A stretch of DNA of 64,000 nt from Deltaproteobacteria bacterium (GCA_024275075.1 JAJRZU010000043.1:6696-70695); one strand, 5' to 3'. Numbered from the stretch's first letter, positions 1 through 10,932 are shown. Translations and numbers: made by a program. Notes: generated from the sequence alone by a model not told the origin.

Positions 1-23
1 TTCGTGTATATCAAGCATAAAGG

Positions 24-1637
24 TTGCAAGACCTGACAAAACCTATTAATCAAGGAGACAAGATGGAGAAATTCAGTAAGGTATTGGCAATAATCGGGCT
101 AATCGCCCTTATCGCCGCTTTCATTATAAATGATATCTTAATAGATTTTACGATATACTTTAAGATCATACAGGTAGTCGCGCTTGTGTGTTTCATCTTT
201 TACTTTCTGGTCAACTTTAATATCATAAAGCTGTTCTCAAAGCAGAGATCTACAAAATACGGCGCTACATCGATACTTGGCGTTGTAATATTCATCGCGA
301 TATTAGTCATTATAAATATCCTGTCTTATTATAACAGTACCTCGTATGACCTGACGAAAGGGGATATCTACTCTTTTTCTGACCAAACAATAAAAGTGAT
401 TAATAATCTTAAGGCTGATGTTGTCATAACCGCGTTCTTCAAGAAAAACTCCCGTGAGCAAAAGTCGATGGAAGCAGTCCTGACCAAATATACGGACATC
501 TCTGACAAGATCAAGTATGAGTTTATCGACCAGGACCTGCAGCCGACCGTCGCAAGGCAGTATAAGGTGAAGAAACTGTTTACAACGGTCTTTGAAAGCG
601 GGGAGAAGGAGTTCCGGTTCGTTTTCACTTCAAACGAGAATTTAGAGGGGCTTATTACCAATGCTATCGTTAAGGTCACAAGAGGTAAGAAGAAGCATGT
701 TTACTTCACTAAAGACCACGGTGAAGGCGGCATTAATGACCAGACCCCGGCGGGCTTCTCTTTTATGAAAGAGCAGCTTGAGGGGATCAACTATATAGTT
801 GACGAGGTATCGTTTCTTAAGATCGGTAAGATACCCGACGACTGCGACGTATTGGTGATCGCCGACCCGAAGAAGCCGTTTTTGGAGAATGAACTTGCTT
901 TGTTAGATGAATATGTCTCAAGGAATGGAAAATTTGTCTTCCTTGTCGATGTTGACGCGGATAAGACGATAATCGATTATCTTGCTAAATACGGGATCCA
1001 TATTAATTACGATATCATTATCGATAAGAGTATGCAGATATTCGGCGGCGATTTCTCACGGCCTCTGATCTCTGATTATCATAAAGACCACCCGATCACA
1101 AAGGGTTTTACGCAGCCTGCTCTGATGTCTGTTGCAAGATCTATCGCTTACACCCTCCCCTTCGAACCGTGGCGGACGTATAAGACGATAGCGAAGACGA
1201 ACCCGTACCCGAGCGTATGGGGAGAGACTAATGTGAAGGACATGAAGAATATCAAGTATGACAAGGATGAAGACGGAAAGGGGCCGTTAGATGTCGTCGG
1301 CCTGTTCATCTATGACAGCGCGCTCGAGAAGGGCGATAAGCAGGTGACACCGGTGAAGGATGAGAATGTCGCAGAGATGGCCATCTTTGGCGATGCGGAT
1401 TTCGCGTCGAACCTGTATTTCAACTACTACGGGAACGCCGATTTATTTACGAATACGGTGAATTATCTCGCAAGGGAACTGGATCTTATCGCAGTCTCAC
1501 CAAGAAAAGCGTCCTCTGCCACAATCCTGCTCTCTGACTCTCAAAGGTCGCTGTTATACTACTTCTCGATAATCATCCTGCCTTCGATAGTGTTTATTGT
1601 CGGTATCGCAGTGTACTTAAGAAGGAGAAATATGTAG
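24..1637 (+). CDS. GldG-like ABC-2 transporter auxiliary protein (ABC_transp_aux domain)
   Basis: 537-aa ORF with N- and C-terminal TM helices flanking a large domain. The DVLVIADPKKPF...GKFVFLVD block is typical of the Gldg family. It directly abuts a DUF4340 gene, as in known gldG loci. Confidence 0.6.
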   Translation: MQDLTKPINQGDKMEKFSKVLAIIGLIALIAAFIINDILIDFTIYFKIIQVVALVCFIFYFLVNFNIIKLFSKQRSTKYGATSILGVVIFIAILVIINILSYYNSTSYDLTKGDIYSFSDQTIKVINNLKADVVITAFFKKNSREQKSMEAVLTKYTDISDKIKYEFIDQDLQPTVARQYKVKKLFTTVFESGEKEFRFVFTSNENLEGLITNAIVKVTRGKKKHVYFTKDHGEGGINDQTPAGFSFMKEQLEGINYIVDEVSFLKIGKIPDDCDVLVIADPKKPFLENELALLDEYVSRNGKFVFLVDVDADKTIIDYLAKYGIHINYDIIIDKSMQIFGGDFSRPLISDYHKDHPITKGFTQPALMSVARSIAYTLPFEPWRTYKTIAKTNPYPSVWGETNVKDMKNIKYDKDEDGKGPLDVVGLFIYDSALEKGDKQVTPVKDENVAEMAIFGDADFASNLYFNYYGNADLFTNTVNYLARELDLIAVSPRKASSATILLSDSQRSLLYYFSIIILPSIVFIVGIAVYLRRRNM

Positions 1638-3059
1638 ATGAAACCAAAGTCAGCGCTGATATTACTGGTAATCCTGCTCGCTTTGTCAGGGTATCTTTAT
1701 TTCTATGAGATGCCGAAGCAGGAGACGATCGAGACGGCCAAGGAGATCGATGAGAAGATCTTCGCTTTTGATGAGACCAAGGTGCAGGCCTTTACTTTCA
1801 CTTTAGAGCACGATGTTATAAAGTTCAAAAAAGAGGCGGGTTCGGATGATTTTGTCATCGTAGAGCCGATCAGCGCGAAGACAGATATGAAGGTCATCAA
1901 CAATTTGTTCTTAAAACTCCAAAAAGTAAAGTATGTACGGTTCCTTGACAGCGAAGGTAAGGATTTAAGGGATTACAGGCTGCAAATACCTCATTATAAG
2001 ATCACGCTTGACCTGAAAGACCCCGCAAAAGAGGGCGGGATAACTACCGAAGTCTTCAGGTTCGGTGACTTTAACATGTCCAAGACGATGATCTACGCGA
2101 AAAGGGATTCTGACAACAGGATATTCCTTGTAGATAAGGACGTGCGGGAGATTTTAGACGTTGACCTGCGCGCTTTCAGGGATAAGCGGCTCATCAAAAA
2201 TAACTTGGAAGATTTAGGGCAGATCCAGATAGTCAGGGGAGATGAGGAGATAGTCATCAGCAAGGATGGCGAAAGATGGCAGATAACGAAACCGGCCAAC
2301 TTAATGGCCGATATCGCCGAGGTAAGGGGACTTATCAATAATATCAAGAAGATCCAGGCGGTGAGGTTCCCTGAGGATAATATAAAAGATACTGATAAGT
2401 GTGACTTTACGAAACCGGACTTTTTGATGATATTGACCTCTTTGGATGGCGAGGTGATAGAGTCGGTCAAAGCGGTGAAGAAGGGGCCGGTGGTTGAAAA
2501 AGATATGACCATGGCAGAGCGTGAGAAAGAGGACTGCCTCTCCTCCCCCACGAAGAGCGGTCTTAGCACCACATTTTTTAAAATGGCTTCAGACCCCGCC
2601 ACTTATCTCATCACTTACGATGATTATAAGGATCTGGATAAATCTTTAAAGGAGCTTAGGAGCAAAACAATATTCACCTTAAAGAAGGAGGATGTTTTTA
2701 AGATCCAGATTATCAAGGGCAATAAGCGGCTTGTGTTAAACAAAGATGAAAAAGGCGCATGGAGCAATATAAGTAATAAAAACAACCCGTTAACATTTAA
2801 CTCTAACGATGTGAGTAAGATATTCAATTTCCTGAATTTTGTTAAAGCGGATGAGTTTATTGACGACGCTGATATGGCGGATGATCTGTATGGCTTCAAA
2901 AACACTACGCTTGTGCTGGAGTTCTATGACGAAAACGGTAATATGTTAGAGGGACTTATCGCGGGGAATGTAGAAGGAAATTATATATATTTAAGGCGGC
3001 TTAACGACCGGACTGTCTATATGATCGACAAAAACTTCACCAATAGATTTGTTATGTAA
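1638..3059 (+). CDS. DUF4340 family protein (GldG-associated)
   Basis: 473-aa ORF with an N-terminal TM helix. Start codon abuts the GldG stop (TAGATG). DUF4340 is the usual downstream partner of gldG. Confidence 0.5.
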   Translation: MKPKSALILLVILLALSGYLYFYEMPKQETIETAKEIDEKIFAFDETKVQAFTFTLEHDVIKFKKEAGSDDFVIVEPISAKTDMKVINNLFLKLQKVKYVRFLDSEGKDLRDYRLQIPHYKITLDLKDPAKEGGITTEVFRFGDFNMSKTMIYAKRDSDNRIFLVDKDVREILDVDLRAFRDKRLIKNNLEDLGQIQIVRGDEEIVISKDGERWQITKPANLMADIAEVRGLINNIKKIQAVRFPEDNIKDTDKCDFTKPDFLMILTSLDGEVIESVKAVKKGPVVEKDMTMAEREKEDCLSSPTKSGLSTTFFKMASDPATYLITYDDYKDLDKSLKELRSKTIFTLKKEDVFKIQIIKGNKRLVLNKDEKGAWSNISNKNNPLTFNSNDVSKIFNFLNFVKADEFIDDADMADDLYGFKNTTLVLEFYDENGNMLEGLIAGNVEGNYIYLRRLNDRTVYMIDKNFTNRFVM

Positions 3060-3101
3060 TATATTGATTTATAAATAAACCCCCAATAACTTAGGCGCGT
3101 A

Positions 3102-3626
3102 ATGAACGAAGATATCATCATTGACTGATACAACCTCCTAAGACAATCTAACCTGCCTTCTAAGCATCATGGCGATGATCTCGAGACAGAAAGAGACGGA
3201 CTTATTCAACTGCTGGCATCATATAAGCGGATAAAGGCGTGTAAGATCGCGGTGGTGTTTGACGGTTGGAATAGCGGGAACCTGTCGCAGCGCTCATACA
3301 TGGCAAGAGGTATCAAGGTCATCTACACGAAACAAGGGGAAGTCGCGGATTCCGTCATTAAGCGAATCGCCGAGAAATCAAAAAGAGAACTGGTCATAGT
3401 TACTTCTGACATGGAGATAAAGACCTTTGCCGAAAAGTGCGGTAAAATAGTGATCTCATCGCCCGAATTCCTGGACAAGATAGATATGGCAAGGTACTTC
3501 AGCATGAAGGGCGGCGTTTGTGAGGATGACCCGGAACCAGCAAGAACCGGCACCAAAAAGAAGGGCAACCCAAGGAGACAGACCAGGAAGGAGCGTAAAA
3601 AGAAGCGCCGGCTGGATAAACTGTAA
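3102..3626 (+). pseudogene. YacP-like NYN-domain protein interrupted by an in-frame TGA at 3126-3128 (uninterrupted ORF part is 3252-3626)
   Basis: The frame from ATG 3102 reads MNEDIIID-TGA-YNLL...IAVVFDGWNSG... The canonical N-terminus is (L/I)(L/I)DGYN, so TGA sits where the conserved Gly is expected (GGA to TGA). The downstream 124-aa ORF has the NYN/YacP core and a Lys/Arg-rich tail. Confidence 0.55.
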
Positions 3627-3636
3627 ATAATATGAT

Positions 3637-4290
3637 ATGAATGACGCACAGCGTACCTTAAATATAACCGAACTATTCTATTCCATTCAGGGGGAGACAT
3701 CCTTTTCAGGGCTGCCGTTCATCTTCATCAGGCTGACCGGCTGTAACCTGAGATGCTCTTACTGCGATACAAAATACGCTTACGACGGCGGGCAGGAGCT
3801 CTTGATCGATACGATATCAGGGCGGCTCAAGGAGTTTCCTTGCCGGCGGGTCACTATTACCGGCGGCGAACCGCTTTTACAAAAAAACTCTTTCTGGCTG
3901 ATGGATACTCTGGTGCAAAACGGGTATACGGTGCTGTTAGAGACAAACGGTACGGTTGACATCTCTTCGGTCAATAAGAGTGTTGTAAGGGTCGTCGATA
4001 TCAAGTGCCCGGGCTCGAATCACGCGGACAGTTTTGATTTCAGCAATATCGCTCACCTGAGAGAGCGTGATGAAGTCAAGTTTGTGCTTACAGATGAGCG
4101 GGACTATGAATTTGCAAGGGAGATCATCATGGGATATCAACTGACGAAGAAATGTAAAGTAATTATTTCAGCCGCTTATGAACGGGCGCCGCTTGAGACG
4201 TTCGCGAAACGGATACTAGAAGATGGGCTTGATGTCCGGTTGCAGATGCAGCTACACAAATACATTTTCGGGGATAAAGAGGGTGTGTAG
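3637..4290 (+). CDS. queE: 7-carboxy-7-deazaguanine synthase QueE (radical SAM)
   Basis: 217 aa with the N-terminal QGEG motif and the CNLRCSYCDT radical-SAM cysteine motif. Directly followed by queC. Confidence 0.85.
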   Translation: MNDAQRTLNITELFYSIQGETSFSGLPFIFIRLTGCNLRCSYCDTKYAYDGGQELLIDTISGRLKEFPCRRVTITGGEPLLQKNSFWLMDTLVQNGYTVLLETNGTVDISSVNKSVVRVVDIKCPGSNHADSFDFSNIAHLRERDEVKFVLTDERDYEFAREIIMGYQLTKKCKVIISAAYERAPLETFAKRILEDGLDVRLQMQLHKYIFGDKEGV

Positions 4291-4968
4291 ATGAAGCGTT
4301 GTGTAGTGTTACTTAGCGGTGGTGTGGACTCGACCACTGTGATGGCGATAGTGAAGAGCCAGGGCTATGAAATATATGCGATCAGCTTCGATTATGGTCA
4401 GCGCCACAAGATCGAGCTTGAGAAAGCAAAGAAGATCGCCGCTCTTTATGGCGCGAAGAAGCATATCGTCGTGGATGTCGATCTTCGCAAGATCGGTGGT
4501 TCCGCCCTGACCGATGATATCGCCGTACCAAAGGCGCGCGTGATAGACGCCACCATACCCGTCACTTATGTGCCCGCGAGGAACGTGATATTCTTATCGA
4601 TTGCGCTGGGCTACGCGGAAGTGAACGAAGCGGACGAGATATTCATCGGCGCTAACGCGATAGATTACAGCGGGTACCCTGACTGCCGGCCGGATTTCAT
4701 CAAAGCGTTTGAGGATATGGCGAACCTCGCGTTAAAGGCGGTTGCTACCAACACGGAAACAAAGATACACATAAGATCGCCGCTGATAAATATGACGAAA
4801 GCACAGATAATTCAGACAGGGCTCTCATTGGTAGTGGACTACTCTCTCACATTCAGCTGTTACGACCCGATCGGCGGGGCCAAGCACTGTGGGGAATGCG
4901 ACAGCTGCATATTGCGCGCTAAAGGTTTCAAAGAGGCGAAAAAGGAGCGTGACGCTCCACCCAATTAG
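4291..4968 (+). CDS. queC: 7-cyano-7-deazaguanine synthase QueC
   Basis: 225 aa with the SGGVDSTT PP-loop and a C-terminal CGECDSC zinc motif. Confidence 0.9.
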   Translation: MKRCVVLLSGGVDSTTVMAIVKSQGYEIYAISFDYGQRHKIELEKAKKIAALYGAKKHIVVDVDLRKIGGSALTDDIAVPKARVIDATIPVTYVPARNVIFLSIALGYAEVNEADEIFIGANAIDYSGYPDCRPDFIKAFEDMANLALKAVATNTETKIHIRSPLINMTKAQIIQTGLSLVVDYSLTFSCYDPIGGAKHCGECDSCILRAKGFKEAKKERDAPPN

Positions 4969-5039
4969 CAACCTCTCTTATGGGCGCAAAACAGTGTGCA
5001 ATACTAAATATAAATACTCTTTTTTATTGCAATTTAGAA

Positions 5040-5606
5040 CTAATTCGCGTCGAATTTCCGGCGCACCTCACGACCGATGAAGCATGCTTCTTGTAGTATT
5101 TCGTCGTTGTTTAGTACAGCGCCTTTATCTTCGACACCGTCAGCGACGATGATGCTTACGTCCATCCCGTACTTTAAGAAGATGTGCCGGACATCTGATA
5201 TGACGTCCTCATACCGCTCGCGTCCCGGGGCGCCCTGCACGATGACAAAGATGCACTTTTTCCCTTCAGGGAACCTCAGCTCCTTTTTTGAGTCCCGAAA
5301 AGCGTACCACCTGTCAAGGAAGCACTTGGTCTGACCGGACAAGTACCCGTAATATATCGGTGAGCCGATGATCACCACATCCGCGGCGATTATTTTTGGG
5401 TAGAGTGTCTGCATATCGTCATCGATGACGCAGCCAGCCGCGCCTTCCTGCCGGCATGATTTGCAGGCCTGACAGCCCCTGATGCTCAGATCGTTTATCC
5501 TGATGATCTTATCGGCGGTCTCCCCCATACCTTCAAGCACCCTGGCAATGACTATCTCTGTGTTCCCGTTTTGTCTCGGGCTGCCGGAAATCGCGACTAT
5601 ATTCAT
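5040..5606 (-). CDS. Flavodoxin-like NADPH-dependent FMN reductase / iron-sulfur flavoprotein (Isf-like)
   Basis: 188 aa with a flavodoxin_2-like fold (AISGSPRQNGNT) plus a compact CQACKSCx7C cysteine motif of the kind seen in Isf proteins. Confidence 0.55.
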   Translation of the reverse strand: MNIVAISGSPRQNGNTEIVIARVLEGMGETADKIIRINDLSIRGCQACKSCRQEGAAGCVIDDDMQTLYPKIIAADVVIIGSPIYYGYLSGQTKCFLDRWYAFRDSKKELRFPEGKKCIFVIVQGAPGRERYEDVISDVRHIFLKYGMDVSIIVADGVEDKGAVLNNDEILQEACFIGREVRRKFDAN

Positions 5607-5732
5607 AATATATTATCAACCCTCTCTTTTCGTTAAAAATATCGTACCTATTTATAGCAAAATATTTCAGAAAATACAAACTGATTTATTCAGGCTTGCC
5701 TGTTTCTATGATTTAATACCTCGCAGCTTGCT

Positions 5733-6080
5733 GCGTAATTATTTAAAATTGATACCTCGTAGCTCTGCTACGGGGTAGCCCATTTATAAGGCCTCTGCGC
5801 GGTCAGGCAGAGCTATTAATCCGGCAATCAAACAGTGCGCTTTTACGACACGTCATCCCCGCGCACGCCGTCATCCCCGCGAAAGCGGGGATCCATAAAG
5901 CCAATAACGACAACTGGATTCCTGCTTTCGCAGGAATGACAACCGGCTATATTTTTGACGATAAAGCATACTTATTTAGTTGCCGTGTTAATTCGATAAA
6001 GGGCATGTTGCCCAATCCAGTTTAGGGGCTGAAAACCCCTACGCTTCCGTTGGTCGCTACCCCGTAATATCAGCTACTTA
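5733..6080. repeat. Cluster of short palindromic intergenic repeats (REP/MITE-like)
   Basis: Hairpins CGCAGCttGCTGCG and CCCCGCGAAAGCGGGG (two copies of gtcatccccgcg), plus TCCTGCTTTCGCAGGA. Also motif GGCCTCTGCGCGG (found again at 25338 and 48078) and motif GGGCATGTTGCCCAAT at 6001 (found again at 45097 and 48100). Confidence 0.5.
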
Positions 6081-6143
6081 CAAAAGCGCTTTTTTGAAAA
6101 ATTCGTAAAATATGCTATTTGGCAGCACTCCTATAAAGTGTAA

Positions 6144-8783
6144 TTATTCATCTTTTTGTGGTCTTCTGATATTGATTATCTTGGTATTCTTTAAGTGGGT
6201 GGACGTCTCGTATCTTGTTAACAACTCTATCTTGTTGACTATGCTTAACATCCTGTCCGCTTCTTCTGTTATGATCTTCAATGTCTGGTAAATATTTGAA
6301 TCTTCCTTCGTATCGTTCATCAGAAACTCAGAGTATGACATGATCGTCGTCAGCGGCTGCTTCAGTTCATGCGCGGACGAACCCGCCAATTCACTCTCTG
6401 CAATCAGCCGGTCTTTCTCTATCGCAGTCTCTTCGGATTTCTCAAGGCTCTTCGATGCCTTTGCAAGCTTGTCATCGAGATACCGGTTCATTACCGCCGC
6501 GCCAAGCTCACTACCGACCGTATCTAACAGCTTCAAGTCATACCCTGTCTTCTCCCTGGCGCTTGTACCGACAAGGAATATTGCGCCATACATCTTTTCC
6601 CGTACCTTTATAGGCACCAAGATGAACCGATCAATACCGCTGCTTGCGCAAAGGGTCTTTAATTCAAAAGAGATAGCGGCTCTTTTATCAACGTCATCGA
6701 CGGCGACAGAGGCCTTGCTTTTTATAAATTCATTGATTATCTCTTCGGCTCCCCACAACTCGATTATTTTATTGGAGAATCTTTCAAATAGATCATACAC
6801 GGCTCTTAGCTCAATTTTCTTCTTCTCTTCATCGAACAATAATACTATGCCGCCCTTTAGCTCTAAGAATTTGACAATCACTTTTAGCGAGCTGTCCAAA
6901 ACGCCCGTCAAGTCTGTGTCTTCATTAATTATTTCAGGGATAGCGCCCAGCAGTGCAAGCTCCTTGTTTTTCCTTAGCGCCTTGAGCTCCAATAGTTTTG
7001 TACCTGTCACGTCCCTTACTAAGGAGATAAAGCCGTAGACCTCATTTTTCGCGTTGCGCACCGGCTGGGTGAACAGGTCGTAATATTTCTCCTTACCAGA
7101 GCGGGCAATTATCCTCATCTCATGATTGTTCGGGGTCTGTTTTTCGAGCGTTACCGTTGCCGGACAGTTGTTGCAAACCGCACTATGCCCCCTGTATACG
7201 TTATAACACTTGTTCCCGATCAGCTCATTTGGCTGTTTATTAAACAGGTGCGCCTGGTACTTGTTGACCATCGCGACTTCAAAGTCACTGGTGATCAACG
7301 ATATCCCCATTTTCAGGCCGTCAAACACTGACTGAAGCTTGTTTCTCGTCCTGCTAAGCTCGTCGGCCAGTTCCTTCTGGGGAGTGATATCCGTACCTAT
7401 ACACTGGATGGAATCAGGGGCTGCGTCATCTTTGACAATGGTATTCGTTATTGAAAACACCTTTGGCTTCCCCCATTTATCATTTTGTATACAAAGCTCA
7501 TAAGCCGCGCTTGCACCCCTTAAAGCCCTCTTGTAATTCTCCTTGAATATCTCCTGATTCTCCGTACTTAGCAGGTCTAAGAAACTTGTCTGCGATATAT
7601 TATCCGTATTTAGTTCAAGCTCTTGTACAAAGCAGTTGTTATACGATTTTATCTTATAATCATCTCTTGTGACAATAAATATAATATTCGCGGCGTTTTC
7701 AAACAGCTCCTTGTACTTCTTCTCCGCCTCGCGCTTTTTGTCGCTGACCTCTTTTTCAAACTTTATCTGCATGTATTTTTTAAAGACTTTGTTTATCGTA
7801 AAGTTTGAGACAAAGAAGAGCAGAACCAACAGCGCGGCAATGATCACATTGTGCTCAAAATTCTCCGCGTTTACTTCTTGCACCACCTTTGCCGGTGTCG
7901 CGATGGCAAGCTACCAGAAGTTCTGCCAACCGACAATTACAGGGGTGTATGCGACGTAGAAGTCCTCGTTTTTATATCTGTATCCGCCGCCGCCGCTCTC
8001 CTGCGCTATCATGGACAACGATGTCTCGTAAAGCTTCCCGTAACTTTTTGAACGGAACGCATTCTCGCTTTTCATACCGACGAGCTCGGGCGACATGGAG
8101 TGTATGATGATCTCGCCGCGATTGTCAAGCGCCCACAGATAAGTGTTCGGGTGGAATTTCAGACTCTCGATAAAGAGCTGCTCGACCCGGGCAAGCTTTA
8201 TTGTAACAGCAACCGCTCCGGTGAAATCCTCAGGATGGAACGTCTTGCCAGGATCGCTTCTTGAATCATACATGGGCGCTGATACCGTTATGACCCGCTC
8301 ACCCATATCATCTACATGGACTTGCGATGTATACATGTTTTTCTTGTACTTGTTGGTATGGTCGCGGACAGATGTAAAGAAATCGCTTGACGCAAACGAT
8401 TTATTTATTTTTTCCGTGTATACTCTTGAAGGGAGCGCAAAGAGCAAGGTTCCGGATTTATTATAAATCCTTATACTTGATATCTCTTTTTGCTTCAGCC
8501 TGTAAAATGACAACAAATCCCTTATCTTCTCTAAATCAGAACCTTCATGTAAAGACAAGTTATTTGAAAAGATCTCAAGCTCACGCTTCTGGGTATTGAT
8601 AAATTCCTGAATGCCGTTTGATATCTGCTCGACTATCAGTATCTGGCTTTCATTGAACTGGTTGGCGTAAGAGAGTTTTTGAGATGCATAGTTGTGGTAT
8701 GCCACATAGGAGATAGCTATAAAGAACACTATGAAAAAAACATATATTAAGTAGTAAGTCTTCTTTTCTGTTGTCATTGGCAT
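6144..8783 (-). pseudogene. Sensor histidine kinase (Cache-TM-PAS-GAF-HisKA) interrupted by an in-frame TAG at 7911-7913 and lacking a HATPase_c domain
   Basis: ORFs 7911..8783 (TM plus periplasmic Cache-like sensor) and 6144..7886 (TM2, PAS, GAF, HisKA with SAHELKQPLTTI) are in the same frame, separated only by TAG. The read-through is ...GWQNFW*LAIATPAKVVQEV.... The protein ends about 70 aa after the H-box with no ATP-binding domain. Confidence 0.6.
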
Positions 8784-8892
8784 CCTAAGCAGGCTCGCCT
8801 GATTTTTTCTGCGGGTTAATTCCCTTCCCCACGCCGGTTGCTGTGAAGTTTAAGCCCGCCCCCCGTCAGCTTGCAGGGGAGGGGCGGTTCAT

Positions 8893-9600
8893 TTAGCTGT
8901 CAGATTGGATTTCAGTTAACGCTAAAAGGATGATCGTTTTATTATAACCCTTCACTAACCGCCCTTTTAAAAGAAGGTTCCTGACTCTTTTCTCCTTTGT
9001 AAGAATATCAAATCTTACATTTCTAATGTAACTCTCCTCTTCTATATTATTAAACAAGCGCTTATTCGCTTTATTATCGCTTGTCAATGTCAAGGAGTAA
9101 ATGCTCATCTCTAATAGATCCACCCTTAGATAACCGCTTATCACCTCCGCGCTCTGGTTCACCTCTAATATCTTACCGCTTTTCGGGTCGATTATTATTA
9201 CTGCGTCGTTGACTATCTCTAACAACCGGTAATAATTCTCCTCCGCCTCCCAAAGCTCCTGGAAATTCTTGTTGACCATTTTCTTTAACCTGAAGACATC
9301 GAAAGTGAGTAGAGCGATGATGCCAAGCGAGGAGAGCAGAAAGGCCAGTACCGGTATGTAGCCCCTGTGAAACCACGCCTTCCACGAGATATCCTCTTCG
9401 TTCCACCTCTTATACGCTTTTATGTTAGAGAGCGGGATGATATCGTTTGAAAAAAGCGCGAAATCATCTAATATGGTACCGGAAAAACTAAGCAGGGGGG
9501 AGTTGTTTGCTTTGAAAGAACCGCAATGAGCGTCATTTATACTGACAACAGTAATGAAGATAGCTGCCAAAATGAATATTTTTGCCGCTAATTTTACCAT
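8893..9600 (-). CDS. Membrane-anchored PAS-domain protein
   Basis: 235 aa with a signal peptide/TM, a second TM, and then a PAS fold (NDAVIIIDPKSGKILEVNQSAEVISGY). Confidence 0.45.
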   Translation of the reverse strand: MVKLAAKIFILAAIFITVVSINDAHCGSFKANNSPLLSFSGTILDDFALFSNDIIPLSNIKAYKRWNEEDISWKAWFHRGYIPVLAFLLSSLGIIALLTFDVFRLKKMVNKNFQELWEAEENYYRLLEIVNDAVIIIDPKSGKILEVNQSAEVISGYLRVDLLEMSIYSLTLTSDNKANKRLFNNIEEESYIRNVRFDILTKEKRVRNLLLKGRLVKGYNKTIILLALTEIQSDS

Positions 9601-9715
9601 AATCTACCGTATCATAGTTGTTAATAAAACAATATTATAAAATATAGCGCTATTTGTCAATAATATTCAATATTATTTCAGCTGATAACGCGCTTAAACA
9701 AGGGAATTTAACATG

Positions 9716-10234
9716 TTACTTTTTACTCTTACGCTTATAATACATGGTTTGTGCAGCTTTAACCGCCCTTTTTATGGTATCGTCTTTGATATGTCTGGTA
9801 TCCCTGGCTATCACCATCTCTGTCTCGTCGTCTAACTTTATGTCGCCTAAGTACACTTTATCTGCCGGCCTTTTCTCGATTCCGCTCTTTGGGAGCTTAC
9901 CAACTCTAAAAATGATGTTAGTGACAGACTTCTTCCCAAGCTTACCATTTATCTTGCTGATCATATCGGCTTTTATAAAAGAAAGCTGCATAAGCCACGC
10001 GGAACTGATTACCGTAAGATGAAGGCTGCGGTTAATGAGCTTAGCAGGGAATGAGTTCTTAGATATATCGCGGCCAAACAACTCGGCATAATACTTTTGA
10101 ATGTAATACTCATCAAGTTGCGACTGGAAGTTCAATGATCTGGCTATCTTATGAATCAGGTCACCTGAACGTTGTAAACCTTTTCTACTCCGCCTCTTCC
10201 TTGGATGCCTTTTTTTTGTATAGTCTTGCGCCAA
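9716..10234 (-). CDS. DUF721 (DciA-like) protein
   Basis: 172 aa. The LHLTVISSAWLMQLSFIKADMISKIN block matches the DUF721 core. Confidence 0.45.
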   Translation of the reverse strand: MAQDYTKKRHPRKRRSRKGLQRSGDLIHKIARSLNFQSQLDEYYIQKYYAELFGRDISKNSFPAKLINRSLHLTVISSAWLMQLSFIKADMISKINGKLGKKSVTNIIFRVGKLPKSGIEKRPADKVYLGDIKLDDETEMVIARDTRHIKDDTIKRAVKAAQTMYYKRKSKK

Positions 10235-10454
10235 TTAACTGTCCCAATACTGCAAAAGTGATCGTAACGGGTATGATACCGATACCGATTTTGAAATGTC
10301 TCCTTAGTAAATACAGAAACGGTATTGATAAGTGAATATATAAAAACCACTTAAAAGAAAACTTTTTGCACGGCGCCCTTATGTACCCCAGCGGTAGATT
10401 CGCGACCAGCGCAAATAACGTTAGAATAATAATATTAATGATGTACGGTTCCAA
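10185..10454 (-). CDS. Small integral membrane protein, unknown function
   Basis: 89-aa ORF with 2-3 predicted TM helices. Overlaps the 5' end of the DUF721 gene by 50 nt. Confidence 0.3.
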   Translation of the reverse strand: MEPYIINIIILTLFALVANLPLGYIRAPCKKFSFKWFLYIHLSIPFLYLLRRHFKIGIGIIPVTITFAVLGQLIGARLYKKKASKEEAE

Positions 10455-10689
10455 AGATAGCCTTATAAAAGTTTAAGTAAAAGCAGATGATACTACAAAA
10501 ATAAATAAATAACAAAGTTTTTTTCGTAAAAGACCGTCAAGAAGTTTTTTTAAGAGCGGTCTAAGTTAATGCCGCTGATTTTGCGTTAACATTGACTCAA
10601 AACTCTTGACATCACCTTCGTACCGAAAAGGGTAATAATTTGCTTGACATTTTTTTTTAAAGGAATATCATACATTTAAGTATTAGGAG

Positions 10690-10923
10690 GTGCAAAAATA
10701 TCATATTATGAAAATCAATAATCTTTTAAAATGGTTCAGCGCGATTACCGGTGTGGTCCTCCTGCTCATCGGCTTAGTCCTTAAGATAGGGGAAGCGCCG
10801 GCAAACTACGACCAATTTATATCAGGCAATAGTTTCGTTATGCTGGTTATCGGTATTGAGGCGATAATAATCAATTTTGCCTTCAATCATATTTTAGATG
10901 AAGATTATACTAAACAAAAATAA
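10690..10923 (+). CDS. Small membrane protein, unknown function
   Basis: 77-aa ORF with two hydrophobic helices. GGAGG RBS about 8 nt upstream. Confidence 0.3.
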   Translation: MQKYHIMKINNLLKWFSAITGVVLLLIGLVLKIGEAPANYDQFISGNSFVMLVIGIEAIIINFAFNHILDEDYTKQK

Positions 10924-10932
10924 CTGATAAAG

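Noticed and set aside
3126-3128. Selenocysteine codon in the yacP-like gene
   Set aside because: The position aligns with a structural Gly of the DGYN motif, not a redox Cys, and no SECIS-like hairpin follows immediately.
1635-4293. GldG/DUF4340 and queE/queC pairs as further examples of genes split by a single in-frame stop
   Set aside because: They abut (stop immediately followed by ATG), so they share a frame trivially. Each product has complete, independent domain architecture and expected length.
5482-5778. 98-aa + strand ORF overlapping the flavoprotein gene end and repeat cluster
   Set aside because: It overlaps the 5' end of the well-supported 5040..5606 minus-strand gene and runs into palindromic repeats. 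No conserved motifs.
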